64,000 nt of DNA from an uncultured delta proteobacterium (GTDB lineage: Bacteria; Myxococcota; Kuafuiibacteriia; Kuafuiibacteriales; Kuafuiibacteriaceae), in assembly GCA_963803435.1 (NCBI GenBank), contig CAWDML010000011.1:12674-76673 (forward strand), given 5' to 3'. Below, piece by piece: positions 30,932-40,839 of this stretch. Made by a program: the position numbers and the translations under genes. Position 1 is the first letter of the stretch; the number at the start of each line of letters is the position of its first letter. The notes below the pieces were generated by a model, which saw only the letters and a program-made list of their open reading frames with translations, made no database searches and was not told the DNA's origin.

Positions 30932-32680
30932 GTGTCTCCGATCGACTGGGTCATCGTCGCCGTCGTGCTGCTCGGGCTCCTGGTCCTGGGTGTCGTGACC
31001 AAGAGCCGCGCCGAGAGCTCCGTGGAGAACTTCTTCGTGGCGGGCCGCTCACTCCCCTGGTGGCTCGCAGGGACGTCGATGCTCGCCACCAGCTTCTCCA
31101 GCGATACGCCGCTCCACACCACCCGGATGATACGTGAGCACGGCCTCCAAGGCGCGTGGTTTTATTGGGGCGGGATCATCGGCGGCGTCGCCGTCGCCTT
31201 TTTCTTCGCCAAGCTGTGGCGACGGGCCGGCGTGGTCACCGATGCGGAGCTCCTGGAGCTTCGGTACGGCGGGCGTGCGGGCGCTGCGCTGCGCCTGGCG
31301 ACCGCGCTGTTCCGTGGGTTCCTGCTCGAGACCATCACCCTCTCCTGGGTGATCCTCGGCATGACCAAGCTCGTGCAGGTTCTGCTCGACCTGCCGCCCG
31401 GCTCCGGTGTGCTGGTCGTGCTGGTCCTCGTGATCATCTCGCTCCTCTACTCGGCCACCTCGGGGCTGTGGGGCGTGGTGATGACGGACCTCGTCGAGTT
31501 CGGCCTCGCCATGGTCGGCGCGATCGCGCTCGCGATCATCGCGCTGGTCAAGGTCGGTGGTCCTCACGGGCTGGAAGCCGCGCTGGCCACCACGAACTCG
31601 GGCCACACGCTCGACATGCTGCCGAGCTTCCACGACAGCACGCTGCCGGCGCTGGTGGTGGGCGTCTACCTGGGCGTCCAGTGGTGGGCGAGCCCGTACG
31701 CGGATGGGAGCGGGCAACGCGCGCAGCGCTTCCTCGCCACCAAGAACGAGGGCCACGCGCTGGTGGCCGGCGTCTGGAACATGACGGTGCAATGGATCCT
31801 GCGCACCTGGCCCTGGTACCTCACGGCCCTCTGCTCGATGGTGCTCTACCCCGATCTGCTGGACGGCGAGCGCGCCTACCCGCGGATGATCGTTGACCTG
31901 ATGCCCGTGGGGCTGCGCGCGCTGATGGTGGCGTCCTTCTTCGCGGCGTTCATGTCCACGGTCGACTCGCTGCTCAACCTGGGCGCCTCGTATTTCACCA
32001 ACGACGTCTATCGCCGGTTCGTTACCCGTGCGCGCACCGAGAAGCACTACGTGCGGGCGGGTCGCTTCGCCAGCGTGGCGATGGCCGGCACCGCGGCGGT
32101 GATCGCTCTGCAGCTCCCCTCGATGCTCGACGCCTTCCGGTTGAAGATGGAGCTGATGGCGGGCCTGGGGATGATCGCGCTCCTGCGGTGGTTCTGGTGG
32201 CGCGTCAACGCGGTCACCGAGCTCGCGACGCTGGTCACCTCGGTGGCCGTGGCGATCGCGCTCAATCTGCATCCCACGCTCGGGGTCTCGGGCGCTGCGC
32301 CCTCGGCGATCCGCCTGTGCATCGTGGTGGCCTGCTCGGGTCTGGTCACCGTGGTCGGCGCGCTGGTCACGCGCCCTGAGCCGACCGCCCGGCTGCTCGC
32401 GTTCTACGAGCGCGTTCGCCCGCCGCGCCTGCTCTGGGGGGCGATCGCCGACGCCGCTCCTCCGTCCTCGCAGCGCTCGCCGATCACGGTGGCGACGATC
32501 GGACAATACGCGGTCTGCGTCGCGCTGGTCTTCTCGGGGATGTTCGCGATCGGAAAGCTGGTCCTCGCGCAGTGGGTCGATGGGATCGCCCTGTCCGTGG
32601 CCGCGCTGGTGCTCGGCGCGATCCTGTGGCGCTGGGTGCTCTCGACCGCGCTCAAGGACAGCCCGGATCCCGGCCCGTGA
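30932..32680 (+). CDS. Sodium:solute symporter family protein
   Basis: FFVAGRSLPWWLAGTSMLAT, GLWGVVMTD, QRFLATK, AAFMST; many TM helices. Confidence 0.92.
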   Translation: MSPIDWVIVAVVLLGLLVLGVVTKSRAESSVENFFVAGRSLPWWLAGTSMLATSFSSDTPLHTTRMIREHGLQGAWFYWGGIIGGVAVAFFFAKLWRRAGVVTDAELLELRYGGRAGAALRLATALFRGFLLETITLSWVILGMTKLVQVLLDLPPGSGVLVVLVLVIISLLYSATSGLWGVVMTDLVEFGLAMVGAIALAIIALVKVGGPHGLEAALATTNSGHTLDMLPSFHDSTLPALVVGVYLGVQWWASPYADGSGQRAQRFLATKNEGHALVAGVWNMTVQWILRTWPWYLTALCSMVLYPDLLDGERAYPRMIVDLMPVGLRALMVASFFAAFMSTVDSLLNLGASYFTNDVYRRFVTRARTEKHYVRAGRFASVAMAGTAAVIALQLPSMLDAFRLKMELMAGLGMIALLRWFWWRVNAVTELATLVTSVAVAIALNLHPTLGVSGAAPSAIRLCIVVACSGLVTVVGALVTRPEPTARLLAFYERVRPPRLLWGAIADAAPPSSQRSPITVATIGQYAVCVALVFSGMFAIGKLVLAQWVDGIALSVAALVLGAILWRWVLSTALKDSPDPGP

Positions 32681-35600
32681 CGCACCAGCTCGGCGGCGGA
32701 CGGGGGGCGGTCCAGCCGTCACCGTCGATGTCGATCCAGATCGGGTTCGTGATCGCGAAGGGGAACGTCGGATACAGCGAGGGGTTGCGCGGCAGCCGGA
32801 GGCCGCGCAGGCGCGGGACGAGGTCGTAGATGCGCTGGATCAGCTCGCGCGTCCCGAAGCGCGCCAGCACCGCCGAGCCGTAGACCGGCGCCAGCGACCG
32901 CCCGGACAGGCCCAGGGCGATCGCGACGTACCAGGAGTCGCGCTCGGGACGGTCGGTGAGGGTCTCGTCGAGGACCACCGCGCCGTTGCGGACCGGGCGG
33001 AAGACGCGGATCAGCTCGGCGTTGCGATAGAGCTCGACGCGATCCACATCGTACCAGTCGGCGGCCTCGACGCGGAGCCGGATCTCGACGTCACCGGCGG
33101 CGACGCGCGTCTCACCGACCTCTGCGCCTGCGACCGTCATGTGGATCATGGGCGCGTTCGTCACGACCGCGTGGCCCTGGCGCAGAGCGGCGATGAAGTC
33201 GGGCTCCGAGACGCGGGCCGGGTCGGTGTCGCCCGTCCGCACCAGGATCCGCGGGGAGCCGGCCTGGTCGTACGACGCCTTCTCTCCGTGGACGTCGGAG
33301 CCGGCGACGCCGATGCGGACCACTCCGCGGTTGAGCATGTCGAACCAGTCGTCGACCACACCGCGAACCGTGCGGCAGACCGCATTGTCGGGCGCGGGCA
33401 CCGCGGTGCTCGAGGTCTCGGCGGGATCGACGCAGGTGAGCTTCGACTGCTCGCAGATCAAGCCGGGCGCGCAGTCGCCGTTCGAGCCGCAGCGACATTC
33501 GACGTCCTTGCCGACGCCTGCCAGCAGCGCGCGCTGCTCGTCCTCGGTGCGCTCGAGCATGCGGCGGGTCGCCTCCGTGGAGAGCTGGTACACGCCGCGC
33601 TGAAAGTCCGCCTGGTCGATCCGCCCGTCGCGGCGATCGGCGATCAGGCGATCGAAGCCTCTCGAGTAGAAGCGCACCTCGCCCACCGTGGCTCGCCGGA
33701 TCAGATCGAAGCCCTTGGAGTTGATGAGCTCGAGGGCGTCGAAGCCGCCGTCGAAGTTCTCCGGAGCGACCAGCGGGGCAAACAGCGAGACGATCGAGCC
33801 GGTGGGCTCGAGCGTGAACGGATCCAGCCCGTAGGCGTCGAAGTACGAGTAGGGGTGGGGGACGTCGACCACGACCGGGACGCGATCCTCGAGCGCCCGT
33901 ATCATGGAGAAGATCTCGTGGGGAGTGGCCCCGCGCCAGTCGGGGGCTCCATACCCGAGCACGAGATCGCCGGCCTCGCGCTCGCGATATTTCAGCGGGA
34001 AGCCGATGAAGTGACCGAGCTCCTGCGTGCTCACCTCCACGCCCACCTGCGACGCGAGGTGATCCGAGAGGCCCAGCGCCTTGATGAGCGGGGCGTATCG
34101 GGTGAGGACGTCGTGGTCCGACGACGAGAGCCGATCGAGGTCCTCGGCCATGAAGCTGGTGACGCGCGCCTCGAGCTCCGTGTTGCTGTCGAGGCTGGGA
34201 GCCGCGTGCACGTGGAAGTCGGCGGCGGTGTAGCCGACCCGGTCGACCTGGCGGGTGAGATGCGCCGAGATCAGGGCCTCCTTCCCGGGGCGCAGCCGCA
34301 CCAGCTGCCGATCGATCGACCAGTGCGGCCCGTGTGAAGCCACCACCTGGTAATCGCCCGGAGCGAGCTCGAGCGAGCCTCGGCCGCTGGTGGTCTGGTG
34401 CGCCGCGATCACGCCGTCGGCGACGCGTGGGCCGTTGAACGCCAGCGGCCGCAACCCGTCCTGCCGATCAACGATGACGCTGATCCGTCCCGGGATCGCG
34501 CGGCCCGCGCCGTCGAAGAGCGCGTAGGAGAGTCGCGCGGTGCGCGGGAGCACCAGGGAGAGCTCGCCGGGTGCGTCCTCGCGGAGCGTCACCCTGGCGA
34601 GGTGCGAGCGGGCGACGTCACCGCGGACGGCGATCGCGTAATAGTCGCCGGGCGGCGCGATCAGCTCGAAGCGACCGTCGCGCTCGCGGTCGCCCCTTGG
34701 GTCGGTGTGGGCCTGGGAGACGACGCCGGGGACGCCGTTCAGGAAAACGGGCGAGACCGAGCGGGCCCGGTTCGCGTCGAGCAACGCCTCCAGCGAGGGC
34801 TCATCGAGCGCTTCAGGGTCCTGGATCAGGAACACGTCGGCGCCCGAGACGGGGTGGCGATCCCAGTCGAGCACCACGCCCTCGAGCCGGCCGAAGGTAC
34901 GGCCCTGGGCGACGAGCAGCGGCTCGAGCGCGGAGGAGGCGTCCCCGCGGCCGACCGACATCAGGCGCTGCATCCGGATGATGGTGCGGGAGAGACACCC
35001 GGGATCGCCCGTCGCGCAGGAGGCGGCGCCGGTGGCGCCCATCGAGAAGGGACCTCCGAAGATCGGGATGAGGACGCGACCCGCGAGTGGCGCGTAGCCG
35101 TACGAGACGCCGTCGCCCACCGCGAGCACGTTCTCGACGTCGAGCGGCGTGGAGAGCGTGTCCTCACCGGCGTCGAACAGGCTGCGGATGTCGGACTCGG
35201 TATCGAACCCGACGCCGGGGAGGAAGGGGGCGAGGTGTCCGCCGAAGAGCAGCATGTCGCCGAGGAGGACGCCGGCGTCGCGGGCCTCGGGCGCGCGGCA
35301 GACCGAGAAGTCGCCGCCGAGCGGCGCGATCACGGGCGTGCAGGTTCGGCCGGCCCCGCAGTCGGCGTCGCCGGTGCAGCGTCCAGCCCCGAGCGGGCGG
35401 GGGAGGTCGCCGAGGAGCACGTCGGAGATGCCGACCGGCGCAGGGCGGTCCGGGAGCGCGTCGGCTTCGCGCAGGGTGACCTGCGTGCACCGGGACGGCG
35501 TCTCGCACGTGCAGTCGTCGTCGTAGATGATGTCGTCGCAAGCTGCGTTGCAGCCGTCCTGCTCCTGGGGCGGGCAGAAGGGGATGTCGAAGCCCACCGA

Positions 35601-36137
35601 GGTGGTCACCCGGAGCACCGACTCACCGGGCCGGAGCTCGTACTCGCTGTAGAGGTAGACCTTCGCGTAGTCGGCGTTGCCGGAGAGGAAGTGGCGTTCG
35701 AGGAGGAGGTTGAGCGCCGCCAGGATGTCCTGGATGGGCGTGCCCTCCGCCTTCGAGGTGACCTCCGCGGCGCCGCTCTCGGTCCGCGTGATCACGACTG
35801 TGCCGGGTCCGAGCGCTCCGCCGACGTAGAGGTTGGCGGTGGCGGCGATCTGGCCCAGCTGATCCAGCCCTCGGCCCCGACGGTAGGCTTCCTCGGCGCG
35901 CATCAGATCGGCGTCGACGATGGTGCCGCCGACGCCGAGCGGCGTGCGGCTGTGCGCCGCCTGCTCGATGACCACACGGATCCGATCGTTCTCGAGGAGG
36001 AAGTCGCCGGTCCGGCCTGAGGCGACCGGACCGCCGATCGATTGATCCATCGACTCGATCCGGCGCGCGTGCGCCGTCGTCGCCGGCTCCCGGCAGGCGA
36101 GCGAGAGGAGCGGTGCCGCCAGGATCAGCCCGCGCAT
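32652..36137 (-). CDS. Large PHP-domain (CehA/McbA-family) metallohydrolase lipoprotein
   Basis: Lipobox LSLAC, DFLLENDRIRVVI, ADFHVHAAPSLDS, SSDHD, GSDVH, FAITNPIWID. Confidence 0.85.
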   Translation of the reverse strand: MRGLILAAPLLSLACREPATTAHARRIESMDQSIGGPVASGRTGDFLLENDRIRVVIEQAAHSRTPLGVGGTIVDADLMRAEEAYRRGRGLDQLGQIAATANLYVGGALGPGTVVITRTESGAAEVTSKAEGTPIQDILAALNLLLERHFLSGNADYAKVYLYSEYELRPGESVLRVTTSVGFDIPFCPPQEQDGCNAACDDIIYDDDCTCETPSRCTQVTLREADALPDRPAPVGISDVLLGDLPRPLGAGRCTGDADCGAGRTCTPVIAPLGGDFSVCRAPEARDAGVLLGDMLLFGGHLAPFLPGVGFDTESDIRSLFDAGEDTLSTPLDVENVLAVGDGVSYGYAPLAGRVLIPIFGGPFSMGATGAASCATGDPGCLSRTIIRMQRLMSVGRGDASSALEPLLVAQGRTFGRLEGVVLDWDRHPVSGADVFLIQDPEALDEPSLEALLDANRARSVSPVFLNGVPGVVSQAHTDPRGDRERDGRFELIAPPGDYYAIAVRGDVARSHLARVTLREDAPGELSLVLPRTARLSYALFDGAGRAIPGRISVIVDRQDGLRPLAFNGPRVADGVIAAHQTTSGRGSLELAPGDYQVVASHGPHWSIDRQLVRLRPGKEALISAHLTRQVDRVGYTAADFHVHAAPSLDSNTELEARVTSFMAEDLDRLSSSDHDVLTRYAPLIKALGLSDHLASQVGVEVSTQELGHFIGFPLKYREREAGDLVLGYGAPDWRGATPHEIFSMIRALEDRVPVVVDVPHPYSYFDAYGLDPFTLEPTGSIVSLFAPLVAPENFDGGFDALELINSKGFDLIRRATVGEVRFYSRGFDRLIADRRDGRIDQADFQRGVYQLSTEATRRMLERTEDEQRALLAGVGKDVECRCGSNGDCAPGLICEQSKLTCVDPAETSSTAVPAPDNAVCRTVRGVVDDWFDMLNRGVVRIGVAGSDVHGEKASYDQAGSPRILVRTGDTDPARVSEPDFIAALRQGHAVVTNAPMIHMTVAGAEVGETRVAAGDVEIRLRVEAADWYDVDRVELYRNAELIRVFRPVRNGAVVLDETLTDRPERDSWYVAIALGLSGRSLAPVYGSAVLARFGTRELIQRIYDLVPRLRGLRLPRNPSLYPTFPFAITNPIWIDIDGDGWTAPRPPPSWCVTGRDPGCP

Positions 36138-37219
36138 CAGAACGTTCCCTGGAGCACCAGGACCAGGCTGTCGTTCTTGAGGTTCTCGCCGTGGCGCTCG
36201 ACGCGCGCCTGATACTGAAGCTGGGCGCGGAGATAGGGCGCGTAGAGATCGGCGTCGAGACCGCCCGAGATCAGGAGGAGGTCGCCGCTGTCGGCGAGCG
36301 CGCGGTCGTCGTCGTAGATCTCGGCCCGGACCACCGTGCGGAGCGGTACCACCCATGCGTCGAAGCCGAAGCCGGCCTCGGCGTAGGCGCCGCAGCGTTC
36401 GATCTTGGAGGCGACCTCCGGGGAGACATCGGGCGCGTCGTCGGGGATGCGCCGATCGCAGAGCGCCTCCACCTGGAGGGTCGCGCCGTACCAGGTCGCG
36501 AGGATGTCTCCCGTCACGGCGATCGTCCGGGTGGCCGGCCCGTTCTCGTAGAGCGCAGCGGCTGCGACCGAGAGGCGGAAGCGCTCACTGCGATCTTCGA
36601 TCGTTGCGAGACCCCACGGTGAGCCGATCAGGCGCGCCGCATAGAGGAAGCCGCCGAAACGATTTCCGAACGCAAAGCCTTCGGTGGCGTTCTCGAGGGA
36701 GAGAAGATACGCGAACCGTTCGTCGAAGAGCCTGCCCTCCACGGTGATCCCCAGCCGCCGGGAGGGGACGATGCGGCTGACCGAGAGCGGACGCTCGATG
36801 CTGAGCAAAGAGCGCGAGGAGTCGAGGGCGGCGCGCGAGAAGGGGAGCTTCCCCAGGCCCGCGCTCACGCCGAGCCAGTCGGCGAAGAAGTACGACAGCG
36901 TTGCGTCCGAGACCGATCCCACGTCGTCGTCCGAGGGCAACAGATTCGCGGCCAGGAAGACGCCGAAGTTCCCGGCGAATTGCGCCGACACCCCCAGGCG
37001 CGCTCTCCGGAGGCGGAACCCACTCTGGTCGGCGAGATCGCCGTTTTCGATGAGTGAGTCCCTCCCCGCCATCGCTGCTGCGTGGAGCTGCACGAGGCCG
37101 CCGAAGCGAAGCTCGATCGCCTCCGTCGCGACGACCGGGACCGTCGGCGCGAAGTCGAGCGGCACGAGCGAGCTGGAGGCGGTGGCGGTGACCGCGAGCG
37201 TGACGATCTGGAGAAACAT
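36137..37219 (-). CDS. Porin (OprO/OprP-like)
   Basis: Signal peptide, GFRLRRARLG, GLGKLPFS, LLSIERP, terminal LQGTF. Confidence 0.78.
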   Translation of the reverse strand: MFLQIVTLAVTATASSSLVPLDFAPTVPVVATEAIELRFGGLVQLHAAAMAGRDSLIENGDLADQSGFRLRRARLGVSAQFAGNFGVFLAANLLPSDDDVGSVSDATLSYFFADWLGVSAGLGKLPFSRAALDSSRSLLSIERPLSVSRIVPSRRLGITVEGRLFDERFAYLLSLENATEGFAFGNRFGGFLYAARLIGSPWGLATIEDRSERFRLSVAAAALYENGPATRTIAVTGDILATWYGATLQVEALCDRRIPDDAPDVSPEVASKIERCGAYAEAGFGFDAWVVPLRTVVRAEIYDDDRALADSGDLLLISGGLDADLYAPYLRAQLQYQARVERHGENLKNDSLVLVLQGTF

Positions 37220-37352
37220 CGCCGAGGTCGAGTATCGGCGTCCACACGCGCGCGATGCTTACGCGTCTCGAGTAAGCGCTATGGGCGCGCGGAAGCACGT
37301 TCGTGCGGTCATGCCTCGTGAGGCTGATCCCCCGAACCGGCACCGTCAGCGG

Positions 37353-37368
37353 TGGCACGCGAGATGCT
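37353..37368 (+). promoter_or_regulatory. Putative sigma-54 promoter
   Basis: TGGCACG-CGAG-ATGCT, exact GG-N10-GC spacing, just upstream of ATG 37383. Confidence 0.6.
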
Positions 37369-37382
37369 CATCCTATGAGTCC

Positions 37383-38030
37383 ATGACGGACGATCGGGCA
37401 GGTGGAACGAGGTTGCTCGTCACGACGATCCTCGCAGCGATTGCGGTCGGGGGAGTTCTCGTGATCGACGCATACATGCAGGATGACTTGCAGGCACCGA
37501 TCGCATCCGCCGAGGCGGCAAGGGCCACGCCTGCGCACGAAGGGCAGCGCGGGTCCATGCCAGATCCTCGAGCGGCATGCTGGGGCCCTCTCTTCCCGCC
37601 GAGCTGTACCCCTCCGCTGCTCCCCGCCGACGAGGAGGAGGAGGAGACCGCGCCGACGCCTCTCGACGAGCCCGTCGCCGCTCGCCCGGCGCGGCCCGGC
37701 AAGCCGCGGCGCACCCGACTCCCCGTGCTCGACGATCAGGCGCCCCAGGAGCTGGCCCTCTCCGATCGCGTGTTCGCCCAGGTGGTCGGGTCCTGGCACG
37801 CGCTGAAGGCCTGTGCGATGGCCGCGGGCGGGGTCCAGGGAACGCCGACGGTGCGGATGGAGATGGACATCGACACCACCGGGCGCGTGAAGGCGGCCCG
37901 GGTTCTCGACGTCGAAGGCGTCACCGAGCAGCAGCTCGCCTCCTGTCTGAAGACGCAAGCGCACGGCCTCCGGTTTCCGCCCGACTCCGTCCGCCGGGAG
38001 ACCACGCGCGACGCCACCTTCGTGTTTTGA
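37383..38030 (+). CDS. Membrane-anchored protein with TonB-C/AgmX-PglI-like C-terminal domain
   Basis: N-terminal TM, Pro-rich linker, LKAC...DIDTTGRVKAA...LASCL...LRFP. Confidence 0.7.
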   Translation: MTDDRAGGTRLLVTTILAAIAVGGVLVIDAYMQDDLQAPIASAEAARATPAHEGQRGSMPDPRAACWGPLFPPSCTPPLLPADEEEEETAPTPLDEPVAARPARPGKPRRTRLPVLDDQAPQELALSDRVFAQVVGSWHALKACAMAAGGVQGTPTVRMEMDIDTTGRVKAARVLDVEGVTEQQLASCLKTQAHGLRFPPDSVRRETTRDATFVF

Positions 38031-38050
38031 ATGGAGCGACGCTCTGCCAA

Positions 38051-39592
38051 CTACTCCTCGGTCGGGATCGGATCGATCCGAACGATCCCTTCCTTGTCGA
38101 GGATGATCCGGAAGTGTTCGAAGCGCTCGCGCTCTCCTGCGCCCTGAACGCGGATCACCACGTTGACGTGGTAGACCTTCGGAAGCTCCGAGTGGGCGAA
38201 GGCGCCGCGGTCGACGTCGAAGTAGCGGACGTCCTCGATCGGATCGTCGAGGCGCGAGAGGAAGTGACGGATGTTGAGCCGAAAGATGTCGAGGATGCCG
38301 TAGCCCTCGGGGAGCGGCTCGCCCTCCGACGGCTGCACCGTCAGGACCTTCCGGTACTGGATCACCTCTTCCTGGAGCGGGGCGTCGGCGAGGAAACGCC
38401 GGGTACGGCCCTGGAGGCGGATGCTTCGGATGCGCGGGTCCACCTCGTCGAAGCGCATGAAATGGAAGCGCTCGTCGAGCCGGCCGGAGAAGTTGCCGAG
38501 GCCGACCTCCTCGAGGGAGGCGCCGCGGATCGCGGAGTGCTTGTCGAACTTCCGGATCTTCGGGACCAGGTACTCGTTGGTGGTGGCCTTGATCCGATCC
38601 TTGGCGACGTACGCGGCGACCGCGCCGATGAAGAAGGCCAGCTTGGTGTTGGTCGGGAGGTCCGCGACGGTCGCGGGCAGCTGCGTCGCCCACGCCCAGC
38701 TGGCGGCGAGCATGGCCCCGAACGCGCCGATGGTGTTCTTGAGGATGGCCTCGTGCTTGACCTTTCGAGCGTCGAGATAGAGCGCCTGATGGATCGACTT
38801 CTTCAGGAGCGAGCGTCGATATGTGAAGTACTCCCGCGAGCTCTTCTCGTGCGCCAGGTGGACCAGGAATCCGTAGCGTTTTCGGTGCGTCGCCTCCTCC
38901 CGCGCGAACGCTCGGATCCTCTCCTTCAGGCGCGGGACGTACGCCGAGCCGTCGTAGCGGCGCTGGGAGTCGAAGTGATCGACGAGCGACGCCAGGCGCT
39001 CCTCCAGGGACAGGCTCATGAACTCGTCGGCGCTCGCCATGGCCTGGACGAAAGAATGGTGGCAGAGCATCTCGAAGGGCCAGAACGCCGCGCGCAGGCG
39101 CCGGAAGCGGAAGAGTGAGCGGCGCGCGCGTTCGATGAAGGCGTCGAGCCCGGCGCTCAGCAGGTCGCGACGGTCCTCCCTGAAGAGGAGCGCGAGCGCG
39201 TCGATCTCCCGGCCCACCGCCTGCGACTGCAGGAACGCGAACAGCTTGGTGTGCGCGGCCAGACCGAGCGAGGACGGGGCGTGGTCCCCGTTCTGAAATC
39301 GCTGCAGCGCCATCGAGAGTGGGCGGAGGGGGCTCGACGGCGACCAGTCGTCGATGAGCGATTGGAGCGGCTGGGCCGCGGCGTCGAGGCGCATCAGCGC
39401 CGTGGTGTCGGCGTAGAACTCGTCGCGCGCGTAGTTCGTAGCGTTCAGCCCGACGCTGTGCGGGATGAAGAGGTACGTGTCGACCTCATGCATCCGCCGC
39501 TCGTCGGTCCGCGACAGCGGGAACGTGTGGCGGAACTCGACCTGCTGCCGATCGTGCGCCTCGAAGAGCAGCTTGGCGTCGTTGAAGCTCAT
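38051..39592 (-). CDS. Hypothetical protein with two central TM helices
   Basis: 513-aa ORF, ATGA overlap with upstream gene, host-like codon usage. Confidence 0.78.
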   Translation of the reverse strand: MSFNDAKLLFEAHDRQQVEFRHTFPLSRTDERRMHEVDTYLFIPHSVGLNATNYARDEFYADTTALMRLDAAAQPLQSLIDDWSPSSPLRPLSMALQRFQNGDHAPSSLGLAAHTKLFAFLQSQAVGREIDALALLFREDRRDLLSAGLDAFIERARRSLFRFRRLRAAFWPFEMLCHHSFVQAMASADEFMSLSLEERLASLVDHFDSQRRYDGSAYVPRLKERIRAFAREEATHRKRYGFLVHLAHEKSSREYFTYRRSLLKKSIHQALYLDARKVKHEAILKNTIGAFGAMLAASWAWATQLPATVADLPTNTKLAFFIGAVAAYVAKDRIKATTNEYLVPKIRKFDKHSAIRGASLEEVGLGNFSGRLDERFHFMRFDEVDPRIRSIRLQGRTRRFLADAPLQEEVIQYRKVLTVQPSEGEPLPEGYGILDIFRLNIRHFLSRLDDPIEDVRYFDVDRGAFAHSELPKVYHVNVVIRVQGAGERERFEHFRIILDKEGIVRIDPIPTEE

Positions 39593-40818
39593 GCGCGAGG
39601 GATCGTCAGCCAGACCACGTTGACGTCGCCGAGCCGCTCGGCGCCGACCTGACCGCCGGCGATCGACGCGAGCGGCTCGACCTCGTCGAGGTGCGTCTCG
39701 AGCCCTTTGGTGCGCACCGTCAGGCGGACGCAGCCGTTCTGGATCTCGCCCGTGATCGCCAGGTTGGAGCCCTTCTTGCTGGTCTTGACCGCCGACTCGA
39801 GGAAGCTGCGCACCGCCCGGCAGGTGCGCCCGTCGGACTCTGCGACGTGCGTCCGGCCCTCCGGGAGCTCGAACTTGAGCTTGATCTTCTTCATCTCGAT
39901 GCGCGCCTCGATCTGCTGCGCCGCCAGCTCGCACAGCTCGCCGACGAGCACCGAGGTGACCGGCCCCTGCGCCTCTTCATGCCAGCTCGCCCATCGTTCG
40001 AGTCGGTCGGCCTCCACCTCGAGCTGGAGCCGCAGCTCCTCGGCGGGCACTGCGCGCGCGGCCTCGCGGAGCAGCAACACCGAGCCGTTCAGCGCCTTGG
40101 TCACGGTCTCGTGGGTACGCTCCACATCCTGGTCCACGATCACCAGCGCCTGCTCGCGACGGCCTTCCTTCGAGTAGACGTTGATCCATCGCGCCTCGAG
40201 CACGCGCTCGGGCGACCAGGGCAGCTCGAGCGGAACCGCGATGGTCCGGCCCTGCGCCGAAGCGTCCCGGCGCGCCCGCTCCTGCGCTGCCAGCCTGGCG
40301 ATGTCCTCCGCGCGTCCGTGCTCGTCGGCGCCCACCAGGTCGCACTGCTCCCGCGCGCGGGCGCTCACCACGATCGGTTGGAGGCGCTCGTCGTAGAGGA
40401 TGACGCCGCAGGGCAGATCGTCGAGGAGTGCGTGGATGGTGGCCCGGCTCGATCCGACCTCCACCAGCACGGCGCGCAGCTGTACGGCCAGATGGCGGAG
40501 GGCGTCGGCGGCATCGCCGAGCTCGTCCCGCGACTCGATGTCGACTGGATGTCCAAAGTCGCCGGCGGCAAAGGCGCGCGCGGCGCTGGCGATGTTGCGG
40601 AGCGGACGGGAGACCGCGAGCGCCGCCAGCAGGCTCAGCAGGAACGCCGCCGACAGGCCGAGGGCACCCGCCCGCTTGATCTGCTGGGAGGCGGCCTCGT
40701 ACAGGCTCGCGTCGAGGCTGGTGTGCAGGTAGATCAGCATCGGGCCGAGCACCAGCGCGACCACGACCAGGTAGCTGAACATCACCTTGATGTGCAGCGG
40801 GATGCGTATGCGGTTCAC
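39589..40818 (-). CDS. HAMP/PAS-containing degenerate histidine-kinase-like protein
   Basis: 2 TM, HAMP (SRPLRNIASAARAFAAGDF...DELGDAADAL), PAS-like LDDLPCGVILYD, eroded HisKA/HATPase. Confidence 0.75.
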   Translation of the reverse strand: MNRIRIPLHIKVMFSYLVVVALVLGPMLIYLHTSLDASLYEAASQQIKRAGALGLSAAFLLSLLAALAVSRPLRNIASAARAFAAGDFGHPVDIESRDELGDAADALRHLAVQLRAVLVEVGSSRATIHALLDDLPCGVILYDERLQPIVVSARAREQCDLVGADEHGRAEDIARLAAQERARRDASAQGRTIAVPLELPWSPERVLEARWINVYSKEGRREQALVIVDQDVERTHETVTKALNGSVLLLREAARAVPAEELRLQLEVEADRLERWASWHEEAQGPVTSVLVGELCELAAQQIEARIEMKKIKLKFELPEGRTHVAESDGRTCRAVRSFLESAVKTSKKGSNLAITGEIQNGCVRLTVRTKGLETHLDEVEPLASIAGGQVGAERLGDVNVVWLTIPRA

Positions 40819-40839
40819 CCGATCGTGTATGTTACCACC

